DNA of 64,000 bases, taken from assembly GCA_011774835.1 (NCBI GenBank), contig JAACAK010000067.1:24169-88168 (forward strand), read 5' to 3'. Of the stretch, positions 1 through 8,657 are shown piece after piece. A program made the translations under genes and the position numbers. Each line of letters opens with the position of its first letter. Position 1 is the stretch's first letter. Under the pieces are notes generated by a model that did no database searches, was not told where the DNA came from, and saw nothing but the letters and a program-made list of their open reading frames with translations. The DNA comes from Candidatus Kutchimonas denitrificans (GTDB lineage: Bacteria > Gemmatimonadota > Gemmatimonadetes > Palauibacterales > KS3-K002).

Positions 1-177
1 GTGGTCGAACAAGGAGACGGGTTCGTCCGCTTCGACACCTTCCGCGGCCATCTGGCGATCTCCGCCACGCGGGAGGGTGACTCGACGCGGGTACGCTGCT
101 CCACCCTTCGCTACCATCCTTCCATCGGCAAATTCCTCAGCTCGCTGTCGACCGAAATGCCGGCCCCAGAGGCTTGA
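1..177 (+). CDS. 3' end of a small hypothetical protein (runs off the window start)
   Basis: Frame 1 is open from base 1 to TGA 175-177 (VVEQGDGFVRFDTFRGHLAISATREGDSTRVRCSTLRYHPSIGKFL...), with GC3-rich codons; not in the ORF track. Confidence 0.55.
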   Translation: MVEQGDGFVRFDTFRGHLAISATREGDSTRVRCSTLRYHPSIGKFLSSLSTEMPAPEA

Positions 178-256
178 GAGAAGGCGACATCACTTCCACC
201 GTGCCTCCGGTCGTCTCCGCCCCGGTCATGACTCCCGACCCGACAGGACCCGCACC

Positions 257-499
257 GTGCGCGTGACCGTCCTCTTCTTCGCGCTGTGCCGTGATGCCGC
301 CGGGACCGACACGCTCGATCTCGACCTGCCCGAAGCGGCCGACGTTTCCGCGCTGCTCGATGCGGTGCGGGAGCGATTCGGCCCCGACGCGGCTCCGGAC
401 AACGTTGCCGTGGCGGTGAACCAGGAGTATCAGGACAGGGACACCGTGCTGGAGGAAGGGGACCAGGTCGCGCTCATCCCACCGGTAGCGGGAGGCTGA
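257..499 (+). CDS. moaD: Molybdopterin synthase sulfur carrier subunit
   Basis: GTG start after AGGA; beta-grasp pattern VTVLFFA...AVAVNQEY...GDQVALIPPVAGG with C-terminal GG; adjacent to moaE. Confidence 0.92.
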   Translation: MRVTVLFFALCRDAAGTDTLDLDLPEAADVSALLDAVRERFGPDAAPDNVAVAVNQEYQDRDTVLEEGDQVALIPPVAGG

Positions 500-500
500 G

Positions 501-935
501 ATGTACTGCGCGATCATCACCGAACCGATCGACGCGAGCGAGCTGGCGAGTCGAGTCCGGACCGACGCCGACGGCGCCGTGATCACCTTCACCGGAGTCG
601 TCCGAAATCACCACGAGGGTAGACCGGTGGAGGCGCTCCGCTACGAGACGTACCGCGAGATGGCGGAGGGGAAGCTGCGCCGGATCTGCGAGGAGGCCGC
701 GGCCCGGTTCGAGGTAGGGGATATCGCGGTCGTCCACCGGGTGGGCCAGCTGGCGATAGGTGATATCGCCGTCGCCATAGCGGTGGCCGCGCCTCACCGC
801 GACGCGGCCTACCGGGCGTCCCGCGAAATCATCGAGCGGATCAAGCGCGAGGTCCCGATCTGGAAGCGCGAGCGTTACGCCGACGGCGGCGAGGACTGGC
901 AGGAGGGGACACCCGTCGACTTGCGGTCTGGGTGA
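501..935 (+). CDS. moaE: Molybdopterin synthase catalytic subunit
   Basis: GAVITFTGVVRNH, HRVGQL, AAPHRDAAY and IKREVPIWKRE motifs. Confidence 0.95.
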   Translation: MYCAIITEPIDASELASRVRTDADGAVITFTGVVRNHHEGRPVEALRYETYREMAEGKLRRICEEAAARFEVGDIAVVHRVGQLAIGDIAVAIAVAAPHRDAAYRASREIIERIKREVPIWKRERYADGGEDWQEGTPVDLRSG

Positions 936-992
936 GCGGGGCCGGGTCGGATCCGGATGGAATGGTAAATATCCCTTGAGAAATCACCAACT

Positions 993-1072
993 CGAACGTT
1001 CAATGCTCACATTCAATTGTCGATTTTCAGGTTCCTGGCAATCGACAGTTGGATGTGAACGTCGAGCGCTCG
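993..1072. repeat. 33-bp ungapped imperfect inverted repeat built from degenerate 7-mers
   Basis: Arms 993-1025 and 1040-1072 match at 26/33 positions; all 7 differences are transitions. Confidence 0.85.
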
Positions 1073-1304
1073 CCCTGGTCGTTGAAACTTCACCCTTTGG
1101 CATCCTCGAGTCACCCGAGCGGCGCCTTGCCTGAGCCTATGCTCGGCCGTAGGTTGAGACCTCGAAGTCCTTTCAAAGATTACCTAGCCCCATAACAGTT
1201 AGCCCGCAGAAGTCCGGCGGCAGGCCAAGCGTAGTTCGTTCGCCGGAATGCTCGTGCGCCGAAGTGCCGTGCCGGATTCGATGCGGGGGGATAGGGAATG
1301 CGGT

Positions 1305-2237
1305 ATGGTTGACCGAATTACGGTTGTTGGTGCGGGACATGTCGGCGCCACAGAGGCGCAACGCCTTGCGGAGATGCAGGTCGCCCGCGAAGTGGTTCTC
1401 ATCGACATCTTGGAAGGCATTCCGCAGGGGAAAGCGCTGGACCTCTACGAGTCGGGACCGGTGCTCGGCTACGACACGCGCGTAATCGGGACCAACGATT
1501 ACAAGGACACGAAGGACAGCGACCTCGTCATCATAACGGCGGGCGTGCCTCGCAAGCCGGGGATGAGCCGCGACGACTTGCTCGCCACCAACGCGGATAT
1601 CGTGCGCAACGTTTCCGGCGAGATCAAGAAGAGCAGTCCGGAAGCGACCGTCATCGTCGTTTCGAACCCCCTCGACGTGATGACTTTCGTCACAAAGGAG
1701 ACGACCGGATTTCCCGCCAATCGGGTGTTCGGCATGGCCGGTGTGCTCGACACAGCGCGCTATCGGACCTTCATCGCCGAGCGCCTCCAGGTCAGCGTGA
1801 CGGATATCCAGGCTCTGGTGCTGGGCGGCCACGGCGACACGATGGTTCCGCTGGTTCGCTATACGACGATCAGCGGCATTCCCCTCGATCAGTTCCTGTC
1901 CAAGGATGAGATCGATGGGCTCATCGACCGCACCCGCAAGGGCGGCGCCGAGATCGTCGGCTATTTGAAGGAGGGGAGCGCCTATTACGCGCCCTCGGCC
2001 GCCGTGGCTCAGATGGTGGAAGCGGTCGTCTTCGACAGGAAACGGATCCTCCCCTGCGCCGCCTGGATGAGCGGTGAGTATGGCATCTCCGATACCTATC
2101 TGGGCGTCCCATGCAAGCTGGGGCGCGACGGCGTGGAGGAGATCATCGAGGTCGAGCTGACCGGGGACGAGAAGGCGGCCCTCGAGAAGTCGGCCGAGCA
2201 TGTCAAGAGCACTATAGAGAAACTCGAGAACCTCTAG
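1305..2237 (+). CDS. mdh: Malate dehydrogenase (LDH-like)
   Basis: GAGHVG Rossmann motif, [11 protein letters not shown] (MDH-type Arg), [23 protein letters not shown] 1305 follows a purine-rich RBS. Confidence 0.95.
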   Translation: MVDRITVVGAGHVGATEAQRLAEMQVAREVVLIDILEGIPQGKALDLYESGPVLGYDTRVIGTNDYKDTKDSDLVIITAGVPRKPGMSRDDLLATNADIVRNVSGEIKKSSPEATVIVVSNPLDVMTFVTKETTGFPANRVFGMAGVLDTARYRTFIAERLQVSVTDIQALVLGGHGDTMVPLVRYTTISGIPLDQFLSKDEIDGLIDRTRKGGAEIVGYLKEGSAYYAPSAAVAQMVEAVVFDRKRILPCAAWMSGEYGISDTYLGVPCKLGRDGVEEIIEVELTGDEKAALEKSAEHVKSTIEKLENL

Positions 2238-2239
2238 TC

Positions 2240-2272
2240 CGAAAAAGGGGGGCGAGCCGCCCCCCTTTTTCG
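2240..2272. terminator. Bidirectional intrinsic terminator after mdh
   Basis: CGAAAAAGGGGGGCG-AGC-CGCCCCCCTTTTTCG perfect hairpin with A and T tracts. Confidence 0.9.
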
Positions 2273-2462
2273 CGGCCGCCAGGTCGAGCCCGCTCGCCCC
2301 CGGGCGGATGCGGGCCACGGCTAGCTGGATTCGGGCGGCGTCGACGTTTGGACGGGTCATCGTTTGGATCGTGTATTACTCTGTCACATGTAGTCTTAGG
2401 TTACCTCACCTCCTACGGGATCTCGGGCCCGGCCTTCGGGGTGCCTCGTCGAGGTTCCGGGC

Positions 2463-3077
2463 GTGAGCTATCTCGATTTCCTCCTCCAGTGGTACAACTG
2501 GCCGTATCTGGCCGCCCTGCTGCTGGCCCTCCTGTCGTTCATGAGGCTCGAGCCGGCCATCGCGGTCGGCGATTGGCTGGGACGATGGCTGAGGGTGGAG
2601 GGAGCGGCGGGCAGGGTGCTGGCCCGGGTGTTCGGCGTCGCGGTGGGCGTGGTGGGTCTGACGGTGAACGGCGCGCTGCACGACTACTGGCCCGCTCAAC
2701 AGGAGCGGGGGTTCCTGCCGGGCCTTCTGGTGACGGCCCTGTTGGCCGCGGCGGTGACCCGCGGGGTGGGACGGTTGTTCGAGCGTCATTTTCCGGAGAT
2801 CAAAGCGGTAGGGTGGGGAGCCACGGACCTGGCGGGTCGGGAAGCGCGGGTGGTGAGTCGTAAAGTGAGCCCGGATTATCGGGCCGGTCGGGCCCAGGTG
2901 ATGGAGGAGGACGGAACGCTCCATATGGTGCTGTGCAAGACGCGGGAGGAGGAGCTTCTCTACGGGGCGCTGGTGGTGCTCACCGAATACGACGTGGAGG
3001 ATCGCCGCTATTACGTGCAGCGGGCCGACGCGAAGAGCGGTCGGGCCGAGGGCGTGGAGCTTTATCCTGGAAGCTGA
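2463..3077 (+). CDS. YqiJ/DUF1449 (NfeD-like) membrane protein with C-terminal OB-fold
   Basis: Three hydrophobic segments followed by DLAGREARVV...GRAQVMEEDGTLHMV...GALVVL, a NfeD/YqiJ-type pattern recognised by eye. Confidence 0.6.
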   Translation: MSYLDFLLQWYNWPYLAALLLALLSFMRLEPAIAVGDWLGRWLRVEGAAGRVLARVFGVAVGVVGLTVNGALHDYWPAQQERGFLPGLLVTALLAAAVTRGVGRLFERHFPEIKAVGWGATDLAGREARVVSRKVSPDYRAGRAQVMEEDGTLHMVLCKTREEELLYGALVVLTEYDVEDRRYYVQRADAKSGRAEGVELYPGS

Positions 3078-3086
3078 GGTCGTGTC

Positions 3087-4742
3087 TTGACAGGAGCGTG
3101 GCTGAGGAGAGCTCTCCTGGCGGCCTGGCTGTTGGGGGCGGTTTTCGGCTGCGGGCCCGGGGGCACGTCGGCCGCCTTCGACGCGCTGTCGTCGGAGGCG
3201 ATCGGTGCCCACGTCTCGTTTCTGGCCAGCGACCTGCTGGAGGGCCGGGCCCCGAGCACGCAGGGCGAAAAGCTGGCGGCCCTGTACATCGCGTCGCAGT
3301 TCGAGCAGGCCGGTCTCATCCCGGCGGTGGGCGATTCGAGCTTCCTGCAGCCGGTCCCGCTGCTGGGGATCGAATCGGAGCTTCGCCTGTCGTTCCGGGC
3401 CCCTGGGGGAGCACTGTTCCAGCCGGAACGGAACGACGAGATCGTCCTCTGGTCGCCGCAGGTGTCCGAGAGCGTCCAGCTGACGGGCCCGCTCGTCTTT
3501 GCCGGTCATGGCATCGTGTCCGCCGAGCACGAGTGGGACGATTTCAAGGGCGTGGACCTCGAGGGTGCGGTCCTGATGGTACTGGCCGGCGATCCCGAGG
3601 TGCGCACCCGATTCCACGGTGACACACTCAGCCGCTTCGGCCTGCCCGACCACAAGTTCGAGGAAGCGGCGCGACGCGGCGCGGCGGGTGTGATCCTGAT
3701 CCACCGGCCCGAGCACCCGGAAAGCTGGCAGACGATCCAGCGCGCCTGGACCGAAAGACGGCTGCGGCTGGCCGAGGACAGCTTGAAACCGGTGCCGGCG
3801 CTGGAAGGTTGGCTGAGCCAGGACGCGGCGCGGCAGCTCGTTGCCATGGCCGGACTGGATTTCGGAACGCTGATCGAATCGGCGCAGGCGCCCACATTCC
3901 GACCGATCGCCACCGGGCTCAACGTATCCGCCAGTGGACGGAATCGGATCCGGCGGACGGTGGGATACAACGTCGTTGGCAAGCTCGCCGGGGTTGACTC
4001 GACCGCGGCCGCCTTGATATACCTCGCCCATTACGACGGCGAAGGGTACGGGCGGGCGATCGACTCCGATTCGATCTATAACGGGTGCTACCGAAACGCC
4101 TCCGGCACTGGCCTGCTGATCGGCCTGGCGCACGCCTTCGCCAGACTCCCGGAGCCGACCCGGCGCTCGATCCTCTTCCTGGCGGTGACCGCTCACCATC
4201 CCGACCGGCTCGGCTCCCGTCACTACGTGCGGCGTCCGGTTGTCTCATTGGCCGCCACAGCGGCGGCCATCAACATCGACGGGGCGAGCCTCTGGGGGCG
4301 CACCACCGACGTGGTCGTGCTGGGAACCGAGAGCTCGGACCTGGACGTGGCCGTGGCGCGAGTCGCAGCAGAAGAAGGTCTGCGCCGAGTGGGCGACCCG
4401 CTTCCCGAGCTCGGTCGCCTGTACCGCTCCGATCATCTCCCATTCATGCGGGCCGGGATCCCGGTGGCCTACGTGCAGCACGGCGTCGATTTCATCGGCC
4501 GCATGCCCGGCTGGGGTCGCCGGATGCTCCGGGATTACGGCCGCCACGTCGTTCGCAGCCCGGACGATGAGTGCACGGCGTCAACCGACTTCGGTGGCGC
4601 GGAAATCCAGGCGCGGCTGGCCTTCCGGCTCGGTCTGGAGGTGGCGAACCGCCGGGTGCGCCCCCGTTGGCACGCGGGCTCGGAATATCGTGCGGTGCAG
4701 GACTCGCTGTGGTCGGGTCAGGGCAGGGAGGCTGGGGAGTAG
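3087..4742 (+). CDS. M28-family peptidase homolog with PA domain, probable lipoprotein; canonical catalytic residues altered
   Basis: Lipobox-like AVFGC; HVSFLASDLLEGRAP, GPLVFAGHGI, AHYD, NASG, RRSILFLAVT, NIDG and RSDHLPF motifs; start codon uncertain. Confidence 0.85.
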   Translation: MTGAWLRRALLAAWLLGAVFGCGPGGTSAAFDALSSEAIGAHVSFLASDLLEGRAPSTQGEKLAALYIASQFEQAGLIPAVGDSSFLQPVPLLGIESELRLSFRAPGGALFQPERNDEIVLWSPQVSESVQLTGPLVFAGHGIVSAEHEWDDFKGVDLEGAVLMVLAGDPEVRTRFHGDTLSRFGLPDHKFEEAARRGAAGVILIHRPEHPESWQTIQRAWTERRLRLAEDSLKPVPALEGWLSQDAARQLVAMAGLDFGTLIESAQAPTFRPIATGLNVSASGRNRIRRTVGYNVVGKLAGVDSTAAALIYLAHYDGEGYGRAIDSDSIYNGCYRNASGTGLLIGLAHAFARLPEPTRRSILFLAVTAHHPDRLGSRHYVRRPVVSLAATAAAINIDGASLWGRTTDVVVLGTESSDLDVAVARVAAEEGLRRVGDPLPELGRLYRSDHLPFMRAGIPVAYVQHGVDFIGRMPGWGRRMLRDYGRHVVRSPDDECTASTDFGGAEIQARLAFRLGLEVANRRVRPRWHAGSEYRAVQDSLWSGQGREAGE

Positions 4743-4762
4743 ATCGGGCCGAGTGCGGGAGC

Positions 4763-4900
4763 GGGGGAACATTGAGCACGGAACATCCAGCACGGAACGT
4801 TGAAGGACTGCCGATCGGTTGAACGCTGGACATTGGACGTTGAACCCCGAGCCGTTCGTTCGATGTTCCGTGCTCGATGTTCCGTGCTCAGTGTTCCCCC
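4763..4900. repeat. 42-bp inverted repeat made of tandem 7-mers (GAACATY/GAGCACG) between convergent genes
   Basis: Arms 4763-4804 and 4859-4900 match at 38/42; 3 of the 4 differences are G-U pairs on the + strand; the loop holds more 7-mers. Confidence 0.92.
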
Positions 4901-4914
4901 TGTTCCCCCGGCTC

Positions 4915-5469
4915 TCATATCCTCGGCAGCGTCACCCCTTTCTGCCTCTGGTATTTCCCGTCCTTGTCCGCATAGCTGGTCTGGCACGGCTCGTCGGATT
5001 CGAAGAAGAGAACCTGCGAGATCCCCTCTTCGGCGTAGATCCGGGCTGGAAGCGGCGTGGTGTTCGAGATCTCCAGCGTCACGTGGCCCTCCCACTCGGG
5101 CTCGAAGGGCGTGACGTTGGTGATGATGCCGCAGCGGGCGTAAGTGGACTTTCCGACGCAAATTGTCATCACGTTGCGTGGGATACGGAAGTACTCCACC
5201 GAGGTGGCCAGGGCGAAGGAGTTGGGCGGGATGATGCAGATGTCGCCCTCCTGCTCCACGAACGAACGATCGTCGAAGTTCTTCGGGTCCACGATCGCGC
5301 TGTTCACGTTGGTGAAGACCCGGAAGTGGCGGGCGACCCGCATGTCGTAGCCGTACGAGCTGACGCCGTACGATATGACGCCCTGCCGGACCTGCTTCTC
5401 TTCGAACGGCTCGATCATGCCGTGTTCCAGGGCCATCTCGCGGATCCAGCGGTCGCTCTTGATGCTCAT
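4915..5469 (-). CDS. dcd: dCTP deaminase
   Basis: MSIKSDRWI start, [34 protein letters not shown]; 184 aa. Confidence 0.96.
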   Translation of the reverse strand: MSIKSDRWIREMALEHGMIEPFEEKQVRQGVISYGVSSYGYDMRVARHFRVFTNVNSAIVDPKNFDDRSFVEQEGDICIIPPNSFALATSVEYFRIPRNVMTICVGKSTYARCGIITNVTPFEPEWEGHVTLEISNTTPLPARIYAEEGISQVLFFESDEPCQTSYADKDGKYQRQKGVTLPRI

Positions 5470-5509
5470 CGACGCTCCGGGACGAAGGGTCAGGAATACT
5501 GCGGGTGGG

Positions 5510-5524
5510 TGGCACGAATATAGC
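5510..5524 (+). promoter_or_regulatory. Putative sigma54 -24/-12 site upstream of the nuo operon
   Basis: TGGCACG-AATA-TAGC, exact GG-N10-GC spacing. Confidence 0.45.
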
Positions 5525-5544
5525 GGCGAAAAAAGGCGGATCAA
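5517..5544 (-). promoter_or_regulatory. Putative sigma70 promoter for dcd
   Basis: Minus strand TTGATC-16 nt-TATATT. Confidence 0.55.
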
Positions 5545-5557
5545 GGCCGTTTTTCTA

Positions 5558-5585
5558 TTGACACGCTACTCGACGATGTTATTAT
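5558..5585 (+). promoter_or_regulatory. Putative sigma70 promoter of the nuo operon
   Basis: TTGACA-16 nt-TATTAT with extended -10 TG at 5577-5578. Confidence 0.75.
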
Positions 5586-5631
5586 GCGGCGACTTCGTCG
5601 GCTAAACTCTGTTTGTGTGGGGCGATAGACG

Positions 5632-5991
5632 ATGCTGCGGGAGTATGTCCCGGTTCTGATGATCTTCGCTGCCAGCCTCGGCGTGGCTGTCATCATGGTC
5701 GTGGGCTCGCAAATCCTGAGCAATCGTCGACCCACGCCGGTAAAGAGCGAGCCCTACGAGTCGGGGATGCCCCCGATCGGCGATACGCGGGAGCGCTTCG
5801 CCGTGAAGTACTACGTGGTGGCGATGCTTTTCCTGCTGTTCGACGTTGAAGTCGTCATCCTGTTTACGTGGGGCATCGTCTTCAAGTCGCTGGGCTTGTT
5901 CGGCTACGTGACCATTCTGATTTTTCTCTTGCTTCTCGTGGTCGGACTGCTCTACGAGTGGAGAAAAGGCGCTCTCGAGTGGGAACGCTGA
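5632..5991 (+). CDS. nuoA: NADH-quinone oxidoreductase subunit A
   Basis: KSEPYESG, LFLLFDVEVV, YEWRKGALEW. Confidence 0.96.
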   Translation: MLREYVPVLMIFAASLGVAVIMVVGSQILSNRRPTPVKSEPYESGMPPIGDTRERFAVKYYVVAMLFLLFDVEVVILFTWGIVFKSLGLFGYVTILIFLLLLVVGLLYEWRKGALEWER

Positions 5992-6049
5992 GGGCTAGAA
6001 TTCCACGGAAATGACAGCCAGATCGACAAGATCTGAAGGATAAAATCAT

Positions 6050-6724
6050 ATGGCGAAGGGCGATCAGGACCCGGGTGGTGCGGGCACCACCCGGGTCGAG
6101 ACCGAGATCCCGAGGAACTGGATCATCGCGCGCCTCGACGACCTGGTGAATTGGGCGCGCCGTGGCAGCCTGTGGCCGATGCCGTTCGGCACGGCCTGTT
6201 GCGCCATCGAGATGATGGCGACGGCCGCGTCGAAATACGACATGGCACGTTACGGCATGGAGCGGATGGGGTATACGCCGCGCCAGGCCGACGTGATGCT
6301 GGTCGCCGGGCGCGTCGCGTACAAGATGGCCCCGGTGATGCGCCGCATCTGGGACCAGATGCCGCAGCCGAAGTGGTGTCTCAGCATGGGGGCGTGCGCC
6401 TCGACGGGCGGCGTGTTCGACACCTATACGATGGTCCAGGGAATCGACACGATCGTGCCCGTGGACGTCTACGTGCCCGGGTGCCCTCCGCGACCGGAAC
6501 AGCTCCTCTACGGCCTTCTCATGATTCAGGAGAAGATCAGGGGCGAGTCGTTCAAGGATCCGCGGCCGCGTGCGGAGGGCCCGGAGGACGTCGCCAAGCC
6601 GCAACTGTCACCCGAAGACGTGGAGCTCGTGGCCTCGCCGTTCGGGAACTCGACGTTCCAGAACCGGGTCAGCGGCCTGGAGAGCTCGTCTCCCATCCTA
6701 CGCCCAGGCGACCGCAAAGAGTGA
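6050..6724 (+). CDS. nuoB: NADH-quinone oxidoreductase subunit B
   Basis: FGTACCAIEMM, MGACASTGG, VPGCPPRPE (N2 cluster ligands). Confidence 0.97.
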   Translation: MAKGDQDPGGAGTTRVETEIPRNWIIARLDDLVNWARRGSLWPMPFGTACCAIEMMATAASKYDMARYGMERMGYTPRQADVMLVAGRVAYKMAPVMRRIWDQMPQPKWCLSMGACASTGGVFDTYTMVQGIDTIVPVDVYVPGCPPRPEQLLYGLLMIQEKIRGESFKDPRPRAEGPEDVAKPQLSPEDVELVASPFGNSTFQNRVSGLESSSPILRPGDRKE

Positions 6725-6727
6725 ACC

Positions 6728-6801
6728 GCCTGACGGGTGCCCGCCATCCCTCAGGCCCTCGAGCCCGATCGATCGCTCCCCTCGGATCGGCGATCGATCG
6801 G
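6728..6801. other. Two intercistronic hairpins between nuoB and nuoCD
   Basis: GCCTGA...TCAGGC (6728-6757) and CCGATCGATCGC/GCGATCGATCGG (6765-6776/6790-6801). Confidence 0.55.
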
Positions 6802-6830
6802 TGCGACCGTGAACGATAGGAAGTGGGAGT

Positions 6831-8657
6831 ATGTCGTCGACCACGACCTCCGACAATATCGATAAAGGTGCAGGCCCGGTCGCGCCGGGAGAGCGTCAGG
6901 ACGTCGCCCAGCTGAAGACGAAGTTCGGCCCGGCGATCCGCTCGATCGAGCTCGATGCGGCGGATGAGCCCGTGGTCTACATCGCGCCCGATCGCAACAC
7001 CGAGATCCTCCAGTACCTCCGTGACGAGCAGGGGTACGACATGCTGCGCGACGTCACGGGGCTCGATTGGGGAGGCGGCCGGCCGATCCAGGTCGTCTAC
7101 GAGCTCTGGGCGTCGGAGCGCCGACTGCCGCTTCGGGTCAAGGCGGAGGTGCCGCCGAGCAATCCGAGGCTGCAGACCGCGTTCGGCATCTGGCATGCCG
7201 CGAATTGGCTCGAGCGGGAAGCCTACGACATGTTCGGGGTGAAGTTCGACGGTCACCCCGACCTCCGGCGCATCCTGATGCCGGAGAACTACGAGGAGGG
7301 CTACCCGCTGCGGAAGGACTTCCCGCTGCGCGGCCGCTTCACCCGCGCCGAGCAGACGCGGCGCGCCCTGGCCCGCGATCTGGAGGACATCTACAGCCTC
7401 GAGGAGCTGGCGGTCGCCAGCCGCGAGACGCGTACGGCGCCGCGGGGGCTGGGGGTCACGGCCGAAATCCCGACCGACGTGCCGGATCTCGAGGCCAAGC
7501 ACATGATCCTGAACATCGGGCCACAGCACCCAGCGACCCACGGGGTGTTGCGACTCGTGGTGGAGCTGGACGGCGAGACGATCGTCAAGTGCACGCCGCA
7601 CATCGGGTACCTGCACACCGGGTTCGAGAAGCTGAGCGAGTACCGTACCTGGAACCAGGTCATCCCGCTCACCGACCGGATGGATTACCTGGCCCCGATG
7701 ATCTACAACATCGGCTACGCCCTCGGCGTGGAGAAGCTGCTCGGCCTGGAGGTCACGCCTCGCTGCAAGGTGATCCGGGTCATCTGCATGGAGCTGAATC
7801 GGATCTTCTCGCACCTGATCTGGATCGGGACCACCGCCATCGACATCGGCGCCTTCACCCCCTTCCTCTACACGTTCGAGGAGCGGGAGCGGATCTACAA
7901 CCTGCACGAGGCCTACACCGGCGCCCGCATGACGACCAGCGTCAGCCGAATCGGCGGCATGATGGCCGATGTGCCGCCCGGCTGGCTCGACGCGGTTCGG
8001 TACTTCATCGAGACGTTCCCCAACACGCTGGACGAAGTGGAACGGCTGCTGAGCCAGAACGCGATCTGGATCGGCCGCACGCAGGGCGTCGGCGTGATGG
8101 GCGCGGCCGAGGCCACCAACGCCGGACTCTGCGGGCCCAACCTGCGGGCCTCCGGCGTGCCCTACGACGTTCGTAAAGACAACCCGTACCTCGAGTACGA
8201 GACGTACGACTTCGATGTGCCGATCGGCGAGTACGGCGACGTCTACGACCGCTACCTGGTCCGCATGGAGGAGATGCGGCAGTCGGTCCGGATCATCGAG
8301 CAGGCGCTCGACAGGGTGCCGGACGGGCCGATCAACGTGAAGGATGACCGGGTCATTCTGCCGCCCAAATCGAGGGTGATGAACTCGATCGACGGCATGA
8401 TCGCTCACTTCAAGCTGGTGATGGAGGGGCTCAAGGTGCCGGCCGGCGAGACCTGGTACTCGGTCGAGAGCTCGAAGGGCGAGCTCGGGTTCTATCTGGT
8501 CTCGGACGGCGGACCGAAGCCGGTCCGCTGCCGTTACCGCGGACCCTCTTTCATGAACATGTCCAACCTGCCGGCTCTGGTGAAAGGCGAGCTGGTCGCC
8601 GACATCATCGCCGTGAACGCGAGCATCGACATCGTGCTCGGGGAGATCGATCGATGA
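6831..8657 (+). CDS. nuoCD: Fused NADH-quinone oxidoreductase subunit C/D
   Basis: NuoC motif ANWLEREAYDMFG...GYPLRKDFP followed by NuoD motifs NIGPQHPATHGVLR and DIVLGEIDR. Confidence 0.96.
   Translation: MSSTTTSDNIDKGAGPVAPGERQDVAQLKTKFGPAIRSIELDAADEPVVYIAPDRNTEILQYLRDEQGYDMLRDVTGLDWGGGRPIQVVYELWASERRLPLRVKAEVPPSNPRLQTAFGIWHAANWLEREAYDMFGVKFDGHPDLRRILMPENYEEGYPLRKDFPLRGRFTRAEQTRRALARDLEDIYSLEELAVASRETRTAPRGLGVTAEIPTDVPDLEAKHMILNIGPQHPATHGVLRLVVELDGETIVKCTPHIGYLHTGFEKLSEYRTWNQVIPLTDRMDYLAPMIYNIGYALGVEKLLGLEVTPRCKVIRVICMELNRIFSHLIWIGTTAIDIGAFTPFLYTFEERERIYNLHEAYTGARMTTSVSRIGGMMADVPPGWLDAVRYFIETFPNTLDEVERLLSQNAIWIGRTQGVGVMGAAEATNAGLCGPNLRASGVPYDVRKDNPYLEYETYDFDVPIGEYGDVYDRYLVRMEEMRQSVRIIEQALDRVPDGPINVKDDRVILPPKSRVMNSIDGMIAHFKLVMEGLKVPAGETWYSVESSKGELGFYLVSDGGPKPVRCRYRGPSFMNMSNLPALVKGELVADIIAVNASIDIVLGEIDR

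Noticed and set aside
77..256. N-terminal extension on MoaD from the ORF track
   Set aside because: Arg/Pro-rich non-protein-like sequence overlapping the upstream gene end; RBS supports GTG 257
4763..4900. Repeat array as a possible CRISPR
   Set aside because: Units are 7/14 bp, tandem and inverted, with no spacers and no cas genes
6831..8657. NuoC-NuoD fusion as a novelty
   Set aside because: Well known, for example in E. coli
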